From the NCBI GenBank assembly GCA_902628195.1, contig CACOLY010000004.1:183-64182 (forward strand): DNA of 64,000 bases. The letters are read 5' to 3'. Shown piece after piece: positions 19,192 to 28,574 of this stretch. The stretch's first letter is position 1. Every line of letters begins with the position of its first letter. The notes below the pieces were generated by a model. The model worked only from the letters and a program-made list of their open reading frames with translations, searched no databases and was not told the origin of the DNA. The DNA comes from an uncultured Pelagibacteraceae bacterium. Lineage in GTDB: Bacteria > Pseudomonadota > Alphaproteobacteria > Pelagibacterales > Pelagibacteraceae. Both the position numbers and the translations under genes were made by a program.

Positions 19192-20294
19192 TGGTTGACT
19201 CCTTTCACATAACTTTTTTTATAAAATGGTAGACTACAAATACTTGCTGCATGTTTTTTACCTCTTACCTCTAAAAATACTTTAGTATTTTTTTTTGAAA
19301 ATTCATTTTCCACATAACCCATTGCCACAGGTCCATTAACACTTGGCCCAAATGTACCACTAGTGATTTCTCCAATAAGAACATCTGATTGATTGAATAT
19401 TTTTGTTTTTTCTCTTGCTATTATTCTTCCTTCAGGTTTTATTCCAACTCTAATCTTACTTACACCATCAGTTAATTGTTTAATAATTATATCAGAGCCT
19501 ATAAAGTCTCCTTTAGATATTCTTTCTTTTGAGATTGCCCACTTTAAATTTGCTTCTACTGGAGTTTTATCTTTATCAAGGTCATGGCCATATAAACACA
19601 AACCAGCTTCTAACCTTAGAGTGTCTCTTGCTCCTAACCCTACTAACTTAGAACCTTTGTTGATTAATTCTCTGGTTAATCTATCTGCAAAATTATTCGG
19701 GATTGATATTTCAAAACCATCCTCACCTGTATACCCAGATCGAGTAATATATACTTTTTGATTTTCAAATAAGAACCAATTTCCCGACATAAAATTTAGA
19801 TTTTTTACTCCATCAACAATTTCATTTAGTATTTGTGACGATTTTGGTCCCTGAATTGCTATTAAAGATCTATTTACATCCAAAACCATTTTGTGCTTTT
19901 CGTTTAACAATTCCTTTAAAATCTTAAAATCATTGTCTTTACATGCTGCATTAAGAATAATTAAAAAACCCTCATTTATTTTTGTAATTATTAAATCGTC
20001 ATGTATCCCAGCATCTTTATCCATTAAGAAACTGTATTTTGAATGATTTAATTTTAAATTTTTCAAATTTAATGGAAAGATTTTTTCTAAATCTTTAATT
20101 AAATCTTCGCCACCATAAATAAATAATTGACCCATATGTGAAACATCAAAAATACCAGAGTGATTTCTTGTGAATTTATGCTCTTCTACAATGCCTTCGG
20201 AATATTGAATTGGCATTTGATATCCTGCAAATTCAACAAACTTTGCATTACTATCTTTGTGTAATTGGTACAGCGATGTTTTTTTTGTTTCCAT
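19188..20294 (-). CDS. gcvT: Glycine cleavage aminomethyltransferase T
   Basis: [47 protein letters not shown]. Confidence 0.97.
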   Translation of the reverse strand: METKKTSLYQLHKDSNAKFVEFAGYQMPIQYSEGIVEEHKFTRNHSGIFDVSHMGQLFIYGGEDLIKDLEKIFPLNLKNLKLNHSKYSFLMDKDAGIHDDLIITKINEGFLIILNAACKDNDFKILKELLNEKHKMVLDVNRSLIAIQGPKSSQILNEIVDGVKNLNFMSGNWFLFENQKVYITRSGYTGEDGFEISIPNNFADRLTRELINKGSKLVGLGARDTLRLEAGLCLYGHDLDKDKTPVEANLKWAISKERISKGDFIGSDIIIKQLTDGVSKIRVGIKPEGRIIAREKTKIFNQSDVLIGEITSGTFGPSVNGPVAMGYVENEFSKKNTKVFLEVRGKKHAASICSLPFYKKSYVKGVNQ

Positions 20295-20307
20295 ATTAAC
20301 TCTTAGT

Positions 20308-20458
20308 ACCCATCTGTATATTTGCCTGAGAGTTTTGCTCCTTCGGCGAGAATTTAATCTCTTTCCAGAGTTAATATGCTACGGTCCTTTTTGCCTGAGA
20401 GATTCCTGGGTGGTTGCTCCTTCGGCGCTACTATCTTCTGTAGTCTCTCCCGTAAAGC
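20308..20458 (-). ncRNA. Tandem glycine riboswitch (two aptamers) in the gcvT leader
   Basis: Minus strand: aptamer 1 GGGAGAGAC...GCGCCGAAGGAGCAA...TCTCTCAGGCAAAAAGGACCG (about 20379-20456); aptamer 2 CTCTGGAAAGAG...CGCCGAAGGAGCAAAACTCTCAGGCAAATATACAGATGGG (about 20308-20371). Both carry the GGAGA/GGAAA, CCGAAGG and CTCAGG signatures. Confidence 0.96.
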
Positions 20459-20484
20459 TATAATCCTACAAGTAGATTAATATG

Positions 20485-21363
20485 TCAATGGGAAATAGTT
20501 TTTTCACTTTTTTTCATAAGTGTATAAAACTGTATTAAAACAGCTAAAAGTATTGTTGCTCCTCCAATTAAACTAAAAATTGAAGGTCTTTCACTAACAA
20601 ATAAAAATGCCCACAAAGGTCCCAAAACAGATTCGGATAGCATTATTATACCAACCATTGCAGACGGCGTAGTTCTTGCACCAATGGTAATAAAAATAAA
20701 TCCAAATCCAATTTGAAAAAAACCAGCTAAGAAACCTAAAAAAATATCATGATAAGAAATCATAATTTTATTTGAAAGAAAGTATCCAATAATACAACAG
20801 CATATACCCGCTACAAATTGCGCGGGAACCATATCAATTGAAGGATATTTTCTTACAATAATAATTAGCACTGCAAATGTAATAGGCATAGAAAAAGCTG
20901 CCAAATTTCCAGTTAACTCTCCAGGAGTTAAGGAATTTCCAACCATGATTAAAACACCAACCATTGCTAAAATTATCGAAAATAATGTTGTAGGGGAAAT
21001 TTTTTCTTTTAAAAAAAAATATCCAAAAACTGCTAAAAATAAAATTTGTAGTGAAATTATGAAATTAGTATTTGCTACAGTAGTACTATACATGGCTACT
21101 ACATAACCACAAAAACCTAAAGACAAAATTACTCCTGCAATAAATCCCGGAAGTCCAGATAAGTAAAATGCATTAAATAATTTTTTTTTGTAAGTAATTA
21201 TTAAAAAAACCAAAACTGTAATGGAGAAAAAAAATGATCGCCAAAATAGTATCTGCCATAAAGTTGCGCCTTCAAAAGATTTAACAATCAGTCCACCAAA
21301 ACTTAAACTTACTGCTCCCAAAAAGACTAAGAAAGGACCAGGTAAATTTTTGATTAAATTCAT
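20485..21363 (-). CDS. DMT/EamA family transporter
   Basis: Ten TM-like segments, FFLKEKIS, SESVLGPLWAFL. Confidence 0.85.
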   Translation of the reverse strand: MNLIKNLPGPFLVFLGAVSLSFGGLIVKSFEGATLWQILFWRSFFFSITVLVFLIITYKKKLFNAFYLSGLPGFIAGVILSLGFCGYVVAMYSTTVANTNFIISLQILFLAVFGYFFLKEKISPTTLFSIILAMVGVLIMVGNSLTPGELTGNLAAFSMPITFAVLIIIVRKYPSIDMVPAQFVAGICCCIIGYFLSNKIMISYHDIFLGFLAGFFQIGFGFIFITIGARTTPSAMVGIIMLSESVLGPLWAFLFVSERPSIFSLIGGATILLAVLIQFYTLMKKSEKTISH

Positions 21364-22307
21364 TAAATTCTAGAAATTAAATTTTGAGTTTCCAATTCAT
21401 ACAATTTAAATAATGTCTCTGCATCAGATAATTCGACTTCTTTGAATTTTATTTTTGATCCTGGCGTAAGTTGTACTAATTTGTCATAATCTGCACTTAT
21501 AACAACTCCTAATTTAGGGTATCCACCAATAGTTCCATGATCAGATAACATTATAATTGGATTACCATCAGCTGGTACTTGTATTACACCTTTTATTAAT
21601 CCCTCAGATTTAATGTTTGTATTAACTATATTTTCAATTTTAGGTCCCTCTAATCTCATTCCCATACGATCTGATAACTTCGATACAGTAAATTCTTTTT
21701 CAAGAAAAATTTTTTTACCTTTTTCTGAAAAGTAGTCAAAATTTGTACCCTTAATAATCCTAATATTTTCAATTTTAGTATTTATATAATCTAATTTATA
21801 ATTATTTAGATTTTCATTTATTTTTGAAATATTTATTTTTTGATTTTCTTCTAATTTTTTTCCATTATTAGCACCTATGTTTGCTTTGGTATTAGTTGAA
21901 CAACTTGCCCATTGATATTTTAAATCTATTTGACCACCAATACCTAAATATCCATAAACAGATTTATTCGTTGAAATAATGTCTAACTCATCACCATTTT
22001 GGATATTAAATGTTTGATAACATTTGCCATCAATAATTATCTCACTTCTTTTTATTTTAAAGTTTACATCGCCAGTTATTGCAATACTTATTTTGTTTCC
22101 GTAGTATTTTAATAAAGGGCCTTGATAAGCAAATTCTATAGCTGGGTGATCTAATTTATTTCCAGTTAATTTATTTACTAACAAGTAATTTCTATTATCC
22201 ATAGCTCCACTAAATGGTATACCTATATGGTAAAGGTTGTTTCTACCTTGATCTTGAAAAGTTGTATTAATCCCTGCTCTCTTAATTTCAAAATAATTTT
22301 TAGTCAT
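21363..22307 (-). CDS. pxpC: 5-oxoprolinase subunit C (biotin-dependent carboxyltransferase / AHS2 family)
   Basis: TTFQD.GR, GIP.SGAMD, SDRMGMRL, GVIQVP.DG.PIIML.D..TIGGYPK. Confidence 0.88.
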   Translation of the reverse strand: MTKNYFEIKRAGINTTFQDQGRNNLYHIGIPFSGAMDNRNYLLVNKLTGNKLDHPAIEFAYQGPLLKYYGNKISIAITGDVNFKIKRSEIIIDGKCYQTFNIQNGDELDIISTNKSVYGYLGIGGQIDLKYQWASCSTNTKANIGANNGKKLEENQKINISKINENLNNYKLDYINTKIENIRIIKGTNFDYFSEKGKKIFLEKEFTVSKLSDRMGMRLEGPKIENIVNTNIKSEGLIKGVIQVPADGNPIIMLSDHGTIGGYPKLGVVISADYDKLVQLTPGSKIKFKEVELSDAETLFKLYELETQNLISRI

Positions 22308-22974
22308 TGTAATTGTTGTATTGATCTTTTGTAATTTCTTTAAAAGAAATTATGTCTCCTGGATTAATCAAGTTTGGATCTTTTTCTTTTGAGTTATTAA
22401 AAATATTCTTTGGTGTGTTGCCTATAATGTTCCATCCTCCAGGACTTTCATATGTATAGATATTTGCAAATTGTTCAGTTAAACCAATAGATCCTTTTGG
22501 TACTTTAACTCTGGGTGTTTCAAGACGTTCAGCTCTCATATTATAATCTAAATCTCCAAGAAATGGCATCCCTGCTATAAAGCCGGTCATATAACAAAAA
22601 AATTCTTTATTAAAAAAATTTTTATAAATATCTTCGCGACTTAAATTCAAAATCTGCTCTAATCTCTTAATATCTAGCGAAAAATTTTCATGAGTACAAA
22701 CTGGGATTTCAATCTTTTTATTTTTCAAATCACTAGAGTTTGTAATTGTTAAGTTTTCAATTATATTTTTTAGATTTTTAAAGTTTGTTTTTTTTAAATC
22801 GAATGAGACTATAAGCTTATTATATGACGGAGTGAGGTTATTTATACCCTCTATATTTTTATTTTGAATACTTTTAAAATATTTTATTACTTGTATATTT
22901 GTTTCTTTGTTAACGTCCTTTCCAAAATCACAATATAAAGCTGCGTCACCAAGATTTAATATATTTTTTATCAT
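22300..22974 (-). CDS. pxpB: 5-oxoprolinase subunit B (AHS1 family)
   Basis: GDAAL, P.YN.L, GF.AG.PFLG, R..TPR..VPKGS.G, SPGGW.IIG.T. Confidence 0.9.
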   Translation of the reverse strand: MIKNILNLGDAALYCDFGKDVNKETNIQVIKYFKSIQNKNIEGINNLTPSYNKLIVSFDLKKTNFKNLKNIIENLTITNSSDLKNKKIEIPVCTHENFSLDIKRLEQILNLSREDIYKNFFNKEFFCYMTGFIAGMPFLGDLDYNMRAERLETPRVKVPKGSIGLTEQFANIYTYESPGGWNIIGNTPKNIFNNSKEKDPNLINPGDIISFKEITKDQYNNYND

Positions 22975-23001
22975 GTCATGTTATACTTAGAAATTATGAC
23001 T

Positions 23002-23775
23002 ATGGAAATTAATATAAATTGTGATTTAGGTGAAAAATCAAAACATCACTCAAATAAATATGATCCAGATTTATTAGAAATTGTGAACTCTGCAAATGTT
23101 GCCTGTGGTTATCATGCTGGAGATGAGGAAACTATGAATCAGGTTATAAAAATTTCCAAAAAAAATGGAGTAAGTATTGGGGCTCATCCGTCCTTCAATG
23201 ATCCAGAAAATTTTGGGAGAGAAAGAATAAATTTAAATTCGTCTGAAATTGCTGAACTAATCATGGATCAATATGAAATCCTACAAAAGATTGCAGTAAA
23301 TCACGGAGAAAATGTTTCACACATTAAACCACATGGAGCTTTAAATAATATGGCATGTGAAGATATAGAATTAGCTACAACTCTAGCGAAAACAATAAAA
23401 GGTATAAGTAAAGATTTGATATATCTAGTTCCAACTGGATCAAAAATGGAAAAAGCGGCTAAAAAGTTAGATATGAAAATCGCATGTGAAATATTTGCAG
23501 ATCGAAATTATGAGGATGATGGAAATCTAGTATCAAGAAAAAAATCACATGCTTTGATTACTGACCCAGAACAGGCTCAAAAACACGTATTGAAAATGGT
23601 TAAATCTCAGTCGCTTAATTGTCACAGTGGAAAACAAATACCTTGTGAAATAGATTCTGTATGCATACATGGAGACAATCTCAGCTCGCTAGAAACTGCT
23701 AAATGTATTAGAAGAAACCTAGTTGAAAATGGATTAAAATTGGTAACATTAAACAAAATGAAAAAATTTATATGA
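23002..23775 (+). CDS. pxpA: 5-oxoprolinase subunit A (LamB/YcsF); start at 22996 or 23002 rather than 22978
   Basis: INCDLGE, SANVACG.HAGD, IGAHPS, HIKPHGAL.N, E.FADR.Y, CIHGD. Confidence 0.93.
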   Translation: MEININCDLGEKSKHHSNKYDPDLLEIVNSANVACGYHAGDEETMNQVIKISKKNGVSIGAHPSFNDPENFGRERINLNSSEIAELIMDQYEILQKIAVNHGENVSHIKPHGALNNMACEDIELATTLAKTIKGISKDLIYLVPTGSKMEKAAKKLDMKIACEIFADRNYEDDGNLVSRKKSHALITDPEQAQKHVLKMVKSQSLNCHSGKQIPCEIDSVCIHGDNLSSLETAKCIRRNLVENGLKLVTLNKMKKFI

Positions 23776-24269
23776 TTAGAAAAATTATAATTACCCTCTC
23801 GATTTTTTTTATGATTTCAACAAATTTGTTAGCTGCTGGATCTTCAGGTAACGATAGTAACGGAGGTAAAAAAACCTCAAAATATGATCAAGCGGTTAAA
23901 TTAATCAAATCAGCAAAAAAATTAGAAAAAAAAGGTAAAACTGAAAAAGCAGAGAAAAAATATTTAAAAGCTCAAAAACTATTAATTGCCTCAAATAAAT
24001 CAAAGCCTAACAAACCTAACACATTAAATTATTTAGGTTTTACAACTAGAAAAATTGGTGATTTTGAAAATGGAGAAAAGTATTATCTTCAGGGTTTAGC
24101 AATTGATCCAAACCATATTGGCATTAACGAATATCTTGGTGAATTGTATGTTGCAACTAATAGACATAATCTTGCAGTTGAAAGACTAGAAGTTTTAAAA
24201 GGTTGTAATTGTGAGGAGTATGATCAGCTAAAAGCAATTATAGCTGGGGAAAAAGTTTCTAAATACTAA
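23772..24269 (+). CDS. Exported tetratricopeptide repeat protein
   Basis: Signal-peptide-like N-terminus; LNYLGF..RK.G and YLQGL.IDP.H.G.NEYLGELY TPR pattern. Confidence 0.8.
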   Translation: MIRKIIITLSIFFMISTNLLAAGSSGNDSNGGKKTSKYDQAVKLIKSAKKLEKKGKTEKAEKKYLKAQKLLIASNKSKPNKPNTLNYLGFTTRKIGDFENGEKYYLQGLAIDPNHIGINEYLGELYVATNRHNLAVERLEVLKGCNCEEYDQLKAIIAGEKVSKY

Positions 24270-25576
24270 TTTAGATTTTTAACCATTTGTTCAGGCATCC
24301 ATAGTGCAATTTCTGGGAAAATTACAACAAGTATTACTGCTAAAACCATTAACATAAATAAAGGAAAAGCACTTTTTGCTATATATCCCATATCTTTATT
24401 TGCCATACCTTGAAGAACAAATAAATTAAATCCTACTGGAGGTGTAATCTGTGCCATCTCAACTACAATAACCAAAAAAATTCCAAACCAAATCATGTCA
24501 AATCCGGCTTGCCTTATCATAGGCTCAATTATTGCCATCGTTAGTACCACGGCCGATATTCCGTCAAGAAACATTCCTAAAATAATATAAAAAATCATTA
24601 ATACAAAAATTAAAACATAAGGTGATAGATCCATATTTTGAATCCAGATTGCTAAATTTCTAGGTAAGCCAGTAAAACCCATAGCTAATGATAAAAATGT
24701 TGAGCCAGCTAATATGAATGCAATCATGCAAGATGTTTTTGTTGCACCTAATAAAGAAGATTTAAAAGTTTCTAAAGTTAAACTTTTTTGAAAATATGAC
24801 AAAATCAAAGCTCCTACTACACCCAAAGAAGCTGCTTCTGTAGCAGTTGCTATTCCAGTATATATTGATCCTATAACACCCAAAATCAATAGTATTACTG
24901 GCAAAAGTTGTTTGGACCTTTTTACTTTTTCAAAAAATGAGTATTCCTCTAAAATTTTTGGCATGTCTTTTTTATTGATTAATGACCAAATAATTACATA
25001 TGACATAAATATTAAAGCAATCATTATTCCCGGAATAATTCCTGCAATAAATAATTTTGCAATAGACTCCTGTACTGCAACTCCATAGATTATTAAGATA
25101 ATTGACGGTGGAATTAGTAAACCTAAAGTGCCGGAACCTGCCAAACTACCTAATAAAATTTTTTCTGGATAATTTCTCTTTCTTAATTCTGGAATAGACA
25201 TTTTACCCACTGTTGCGACTGTTGCTGCAGAAGATCCTGAAATAGCCGCGAACAATGCACAACCTACAACATTTACATGAATTAACCCACCAGGTAGTTT
25301 TTGCATCCAAGGAGATAAACCTTTAAACAAATTTTCAGATAGTTTTGTTCTAAACAATATTTCTCCCATCCATACAAATAATGGTAATGCCGTTAAGGTC
25401 CATGATGAAGATGTGCCCCAAATTGTAGTTGCCATTGCATCGCCAACTGGCCTAGACGTAAATAACATCATTCCAATTGCAGATACACCAATCATACTTA
25501 CTGCAACCCAAATACCTGAGCCTAAAAAGAAAAGTAAAACACTTATAAAAAATATAGTTAAAAGTATCTCAGCCAT
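24266..25576 (-). CDS. dctM: TRAP transporter large permease
   Basis: ALPLFV.MG.IL, AAISGSS.AT, G.LG.LIPPSI, GIATATEAA, ITPPVG.NLF. Confidence 0.95.
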   Translation of the reverse strand: MAEILLTIFFISVLLFFLGSGIWVAVSMIGVSAIGMMLFTSRPVGDAMATTIWGTSSSWTLTALPLFVWMGEILFRTKLSENLFKGLSPWMQKLPGGLIHVNVVGCALFAAISGSSAATVATVGKMSIPELRKRNYPEKILLGSLAGSGTLGLLIPPSIILIIYGVAVQESIAKLFIAGIIPGIMIALIFMSYVIIWSLINKKDMPKILEEYSFFEKVKRSKQLLPVILLILGVIGSIYTGIATATEAASLGVVGALILSYFQKSLTLETFKSSLLGATKTSCMIAFILAGSTFLSLAMGFTGLPRNLAIWIQNMDLSPYVLIFVLMIFYIILGMFLDGISAVVLTMAIIEPMIRQAGFDMIWFGIFLVIVVEMAQITPPVGFNLFVLQGMANKDMGYIAKSAFPLFMLMVLAVILVVIFPEIALWMPEQMVKNLN

Positions 25577-26059
25577 TTAATTTTCTCTTATCTTTAAAAT
25601 TAATTGATGAAAAACACTTATAAAAAATATTGTTGATCCAATAGCTACACTAGTTTGCGGTATCCAAATTAAAATTTCATCAGCACCTTCGCTTCTCTCT
25701 TGAAATTTATATGAAATTATTAACATTTTGATAAAATAGAAAGCCAAATATCCAGAAAAAAAACTAGCTATAATTAAACACCATGTCTCTACTATTTTCT
25801 TTTTAAAACCAGATAACTTTTCCAAAAAAAGAGTAATTCTTATGTGCCCACCTTCAACGAATGTATACGCTAAAGCAAAAAAAGATGCTGAAGCCATACA
25901 GTATCCTGAGTATTCTGCTAAACCTCTTATATAAAAACCAAATATTCTTGATGAAATTCCGATTAAGATAAAAACTGCTACAAAAATTAAAAATGTTGCA
26001 GCGATATAACCAGAGAGTCTATAAATTTTATTTAAATTTTTATCTAAAAACTGAAACAT
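25577..26059 (-). CDS. dctQ: TRAP transporter small permease
   Basis: Four TM segments, GGHIRITL motif, located between dctP and dctM. Confidence 0.9.
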   Translation of the reverse strand: MFQFLDKNLNKIYRLSGYIAATFLIFVAVFILIGISSRIFGFYIRGLAEYSGYCMASASFFALAYTFVEGGHIRITLFLEKLSGFKKKIVETWCLIIASFFSGYLAFYFIKMLIISYKFQERSEGADEILIWIPQTSVAIGSTIFFISVFHQLILKIREN

Positions 26060-26065
26060 AATGAT

Positions 26066-26095
26066 TTAAGGCCACTCTAATTAAAGTGGCCTTAA
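26066..26095 (-). terminator. Stem-loop between dctP and dctQ (partial terminator or mRNA-stabilising hairpin)
   Basis: TTAAGGCCACT-CTAATTAA-AGTGGCCTTAA, a perfect 11-bp inverted repeat. Confidence 0.7.
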
Positions 26096-26106
26096 CAGTG
26101 ATTTAA

Positions 26107-27078
26107 TTATTTGTAAGCTGATAAAACAGAAGCACCTCTTGATCCTGCTTTTTGAGACCATTCCTTGGCCATAGTCTCTCCAACTTTTTCAAAATGAGAT
26201 TGTAAAGATGCATTAACTTTTCCAACTACCATTCCAGCGTCAGCTAAAGCTTTCTTATCTCCAACATTTCCTTGTTTTGATAATTGCCAACCTTTTCTTT
26301 CAGCTAAAGCTGCTTGATTCATTACTAGATCTTGAGTTGCTTTATCTAATTTATTCCAAGCATCTTTATTTACAATAATCATATTTTTTGGAAACCATGC
26401 TGCTATGTCATAAAAATATTTAACCCCATTTTCCCAAATCTTAGAATTTTTTCCAGTAGTTGGGGATGTGATCATGCTTTCAACAGCTCCTGTAGAAAAT
26501 GCCTGACTTATTTCAGCAGCTTCTATTTTTGTTGGTGCCATTCCAGTTAATTCAGCAATTCTAATTGTTGCAGAATTGTAAGCTCTAAACTTTAAACCTT
26601 TAAGATCATCGACAGAATTAATTTCCTTTTTACTGTACAATCCTTGTGCTGGCCATGGTACAGCGTATAAAAAAACTAAACCTTTCTCATCTAATCCTTT
26701 TACTATCTCAGCTTTTGAAGCTTTGTATAATTTCATAGCATCAGCATAAGATGTTGCAAGGAATGGTTGAGAGTCCACTTCTAGTAACGGATCTTCCTTA
26801 CCTAAAGCCGACATAAATCTTTCACCAATCTGAGCTTGTCCAGTTCTTACGGCTCTAAAAATTTCCCCGCCTTTAAACAATGAACCTCCAGGATGAGTAA
26901 CAATCGTTAACTTTCCTCCACTTTTTTCAGTTACATTTTTTGCAAATTCTGCTGCATTCGCAGAATGAAAATTACCTGCTCCATAAGCAAGAGCCATATC
27001 CCATTTTTCTGCATTTGCTACGCTAATTGACAAAATTATTGAAACTAAAATAGTAAATAAATATTTTATAAACTTCAT
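26107..27078 (-). CDS. dctP: TRAP substrate-binding protein, DctP6/DctP7 (pyroglutamate-binding) type
   Basis: Signal peptide; KWDM...Y....FH, AVRTGQ, PWPAQGLY, LKGLKFRAY, AFSTG.VES.ITS, AWFPKN; RBS GGAGGA. Confidence 0.9.
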   Translation of the reverse strand: MKFIKYLFTILVSIILSISVANAEKWDMALAYGAGNFHSANAAEFAKNVTEKSGGKLTIVTHPGGSLFKGGEIFRAVRTGQAQIGERFMSALGKEDPLLEVDSQPFLATSYADAMKLYKASKAEIVKGLDEKGLVFLYAVPWPAQGLYSKKEINSVDDLKGLKFRAYNSATIRIAELTGMAPTKIEAAEISQAFSTGAVESMITSPTTGKNSKIWENGVKYFYDIAAWFPKNMIIVNKDAWNKLDKATQDLVMNQAALAERKGWQLSKQGNVGDKKALADAGMVVGKVNASLQSHFEKVGETMAKEWSQKAGSRGASVLSAYK

Positions 27079-27192
27079 TTATCCTCCATTTTTTTTAAAA
27101 CCATTTCATTATGTATTAAAATAATTATCAATAAAAAAATAATACTACTTTTAATTGAATTATTATAAAAAATTAAATAGTATGTCGCTACT

Positions 27193-27804
27193 TTGTTACA
27201 AGAATTAATCATATTAGCGCAAATTATATTCATCACAATTATCTTAACAGCAGATAATGCGATTATCATTGGTGTCATTTCAGCTAATTTCATTCCGAAA
27301 AATAAAAGGCAAATAATTTTATGGGGTGTCTCTGGTGCTCTAGTTTTTAAAATTATATTTGCAATTTTTGCTACTTATTTATTTGAATTTTACTTTATAA
27401 AAATATTGGGTGGTCTACTTTTAATTTGGATAGTAAATGATTTGAGAAAAGATCTTTTTGAAATTAAAAAAATTAAATCTCCCACAAAAAAATCAAAAGA
27501 ACCATCTTTCATAGAAAGTGTTTTTAAAGTTTTATTTGCTGACATAATGATTAGTTTTGATAATGTAATTGGAGTAGTGGCGGCATCAAAAGGAAATTTT
27601 GGCTTTATGATCTTTGGACTTGTTCTTTCTGTCGTTCTTACAGGAGCTCTAGCAACATATCTTGCAAACTATATACAAAAACATTTATGGATTGTTTACA
27701 TTGGTTTAGTTTTTATTTTACTTGTTGCAATTCAGCTTGTAATTGGTGGTCTAGTAGATTTAGAAATTCTATCAATCAACGAGCAATTTAAAAAATATTT
27801 CTAA
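27193..27804 (+). CDS. TerC/YjbE family integral membrane protein
   Basis: L..DNAIIIG, ADI..S.DNV.GV..A. Confidence 0.88.
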   Translation: MLQELIILAQIIFITIILTADNAIIIGVISANFIPKNKRQIILWGVSGALVFKIIFAIFATYLFEFYFIKILGGLLLIWIVNDLRKDLFEIKKIKSPTKKSKEPSFIESVFKVLFADIMISFDNVIGVVAASKGNFGFMIFGLVLSVVLTGALATYLANYIQKHLWIVYIGLVFILLVAIQLVIGGLVDLEILSINEQFKKYF

Positions 27805-28574
27805 TAAGAATGTTTTTTTGTTGGATATTTTTTTGATTTAACTTCAAAAGCAAATTTTTTTAGTCCTGAGTTGATATATTTCTTTACATTTAAAAATTTT
27901 TTTACAAATTTTATATTTGTCTGATTTAAACCAATTAAATCATCTGTCACAAGAACTTGACCATCGCAATGAACAGAAGATCCAATTCCAATCGTGGGAA
28001 TCTTTAAATCTTTTGTAATTTGTTTTGCTATTGGTGCTTTAACGCACTCTAGAACAATTGCAAAAACTCCAGTCTTTTGAAGTAACAAAGCATCACTCAT
28101 AAGTTGTTTTATTTCTTGGGTAGTTTTTCCTTTAGATTTAAATTTTCCTTTCACAGATTGGGGAAGCAAACCTAGATGACCTAGCACTGGGATCTTATTC
28201 TTAATCAAAAATTCAACTTGTTTAATAATTTTTTTTCCTCCTTCTAGCTTAACAGCATCACATTTTGTTTCTTTTAATATTTTTTTCGCATTTTTTAATG
28301 CTGTATTTTTTGTAGTATAAGTTTTAAATGGCATATCAACTACCATAAGACTTTTTTTTACTCCCAATCTCACACTCTTAGAATGATTTATCATTTCAGT
28401 TAAAGTAACTTTTCTAGTAGATGAATAATTATATAGGACTGAACCTAATGAGTCTCCAACTAGAGTAATATCAACATATTTATCAATTTCCTCAGAAATA
28501 TTTTTTGAGTAAGCTGTTAAACAAACAATTTTAGATTTATTTTTTTTTTTAAGAATTTTTCTTATTTTACTCAT
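27801..28574 (-). CDS. panB: 3-methyl-2-oxobutanoate hydroxymethyltransferase
   Basis: LTAYS, LVGDSLG, DMPF, AVKLEGG, GHLGL.PQ, TIGIG, DGQVLV. Confidence 0.96.
   Translation of the reverse strand: MSKIRKILKKKNKSKIVCLTAYSKNISEEIDKYVDITLVGDSLGSVLYNYSSTRKVTLTEMINHSKSVRLGVKKSLMVVDMPFKTYTTKNTALKNAKKILKETKCDAVKLEGGKKIIKQVEFLIKNKIPVLGHLGLLPQSVKGKFKSKGKTTQEIKQLMSDALLLQKTGVFAIVLECVKAPIAKQITKDLKIPTIGIGSSVHCDGQVLVTDDLIGLNQTNIKFVKKFLNVKKYINSGLKKFAFEVKSKKYPTKKHSY

Noticed and set aside
20257-20463. 68-aa plus-strand ORF over the gcvT leader
   Set aside because: It is the antisense reading of the glycine riboswitch.
27075-27293. 72-aa minus-strand ORF upstream of dctP
   Set aside because: It overlaps the TerC gene antisense and spans the dctP promoter/RBS region; no protein features.
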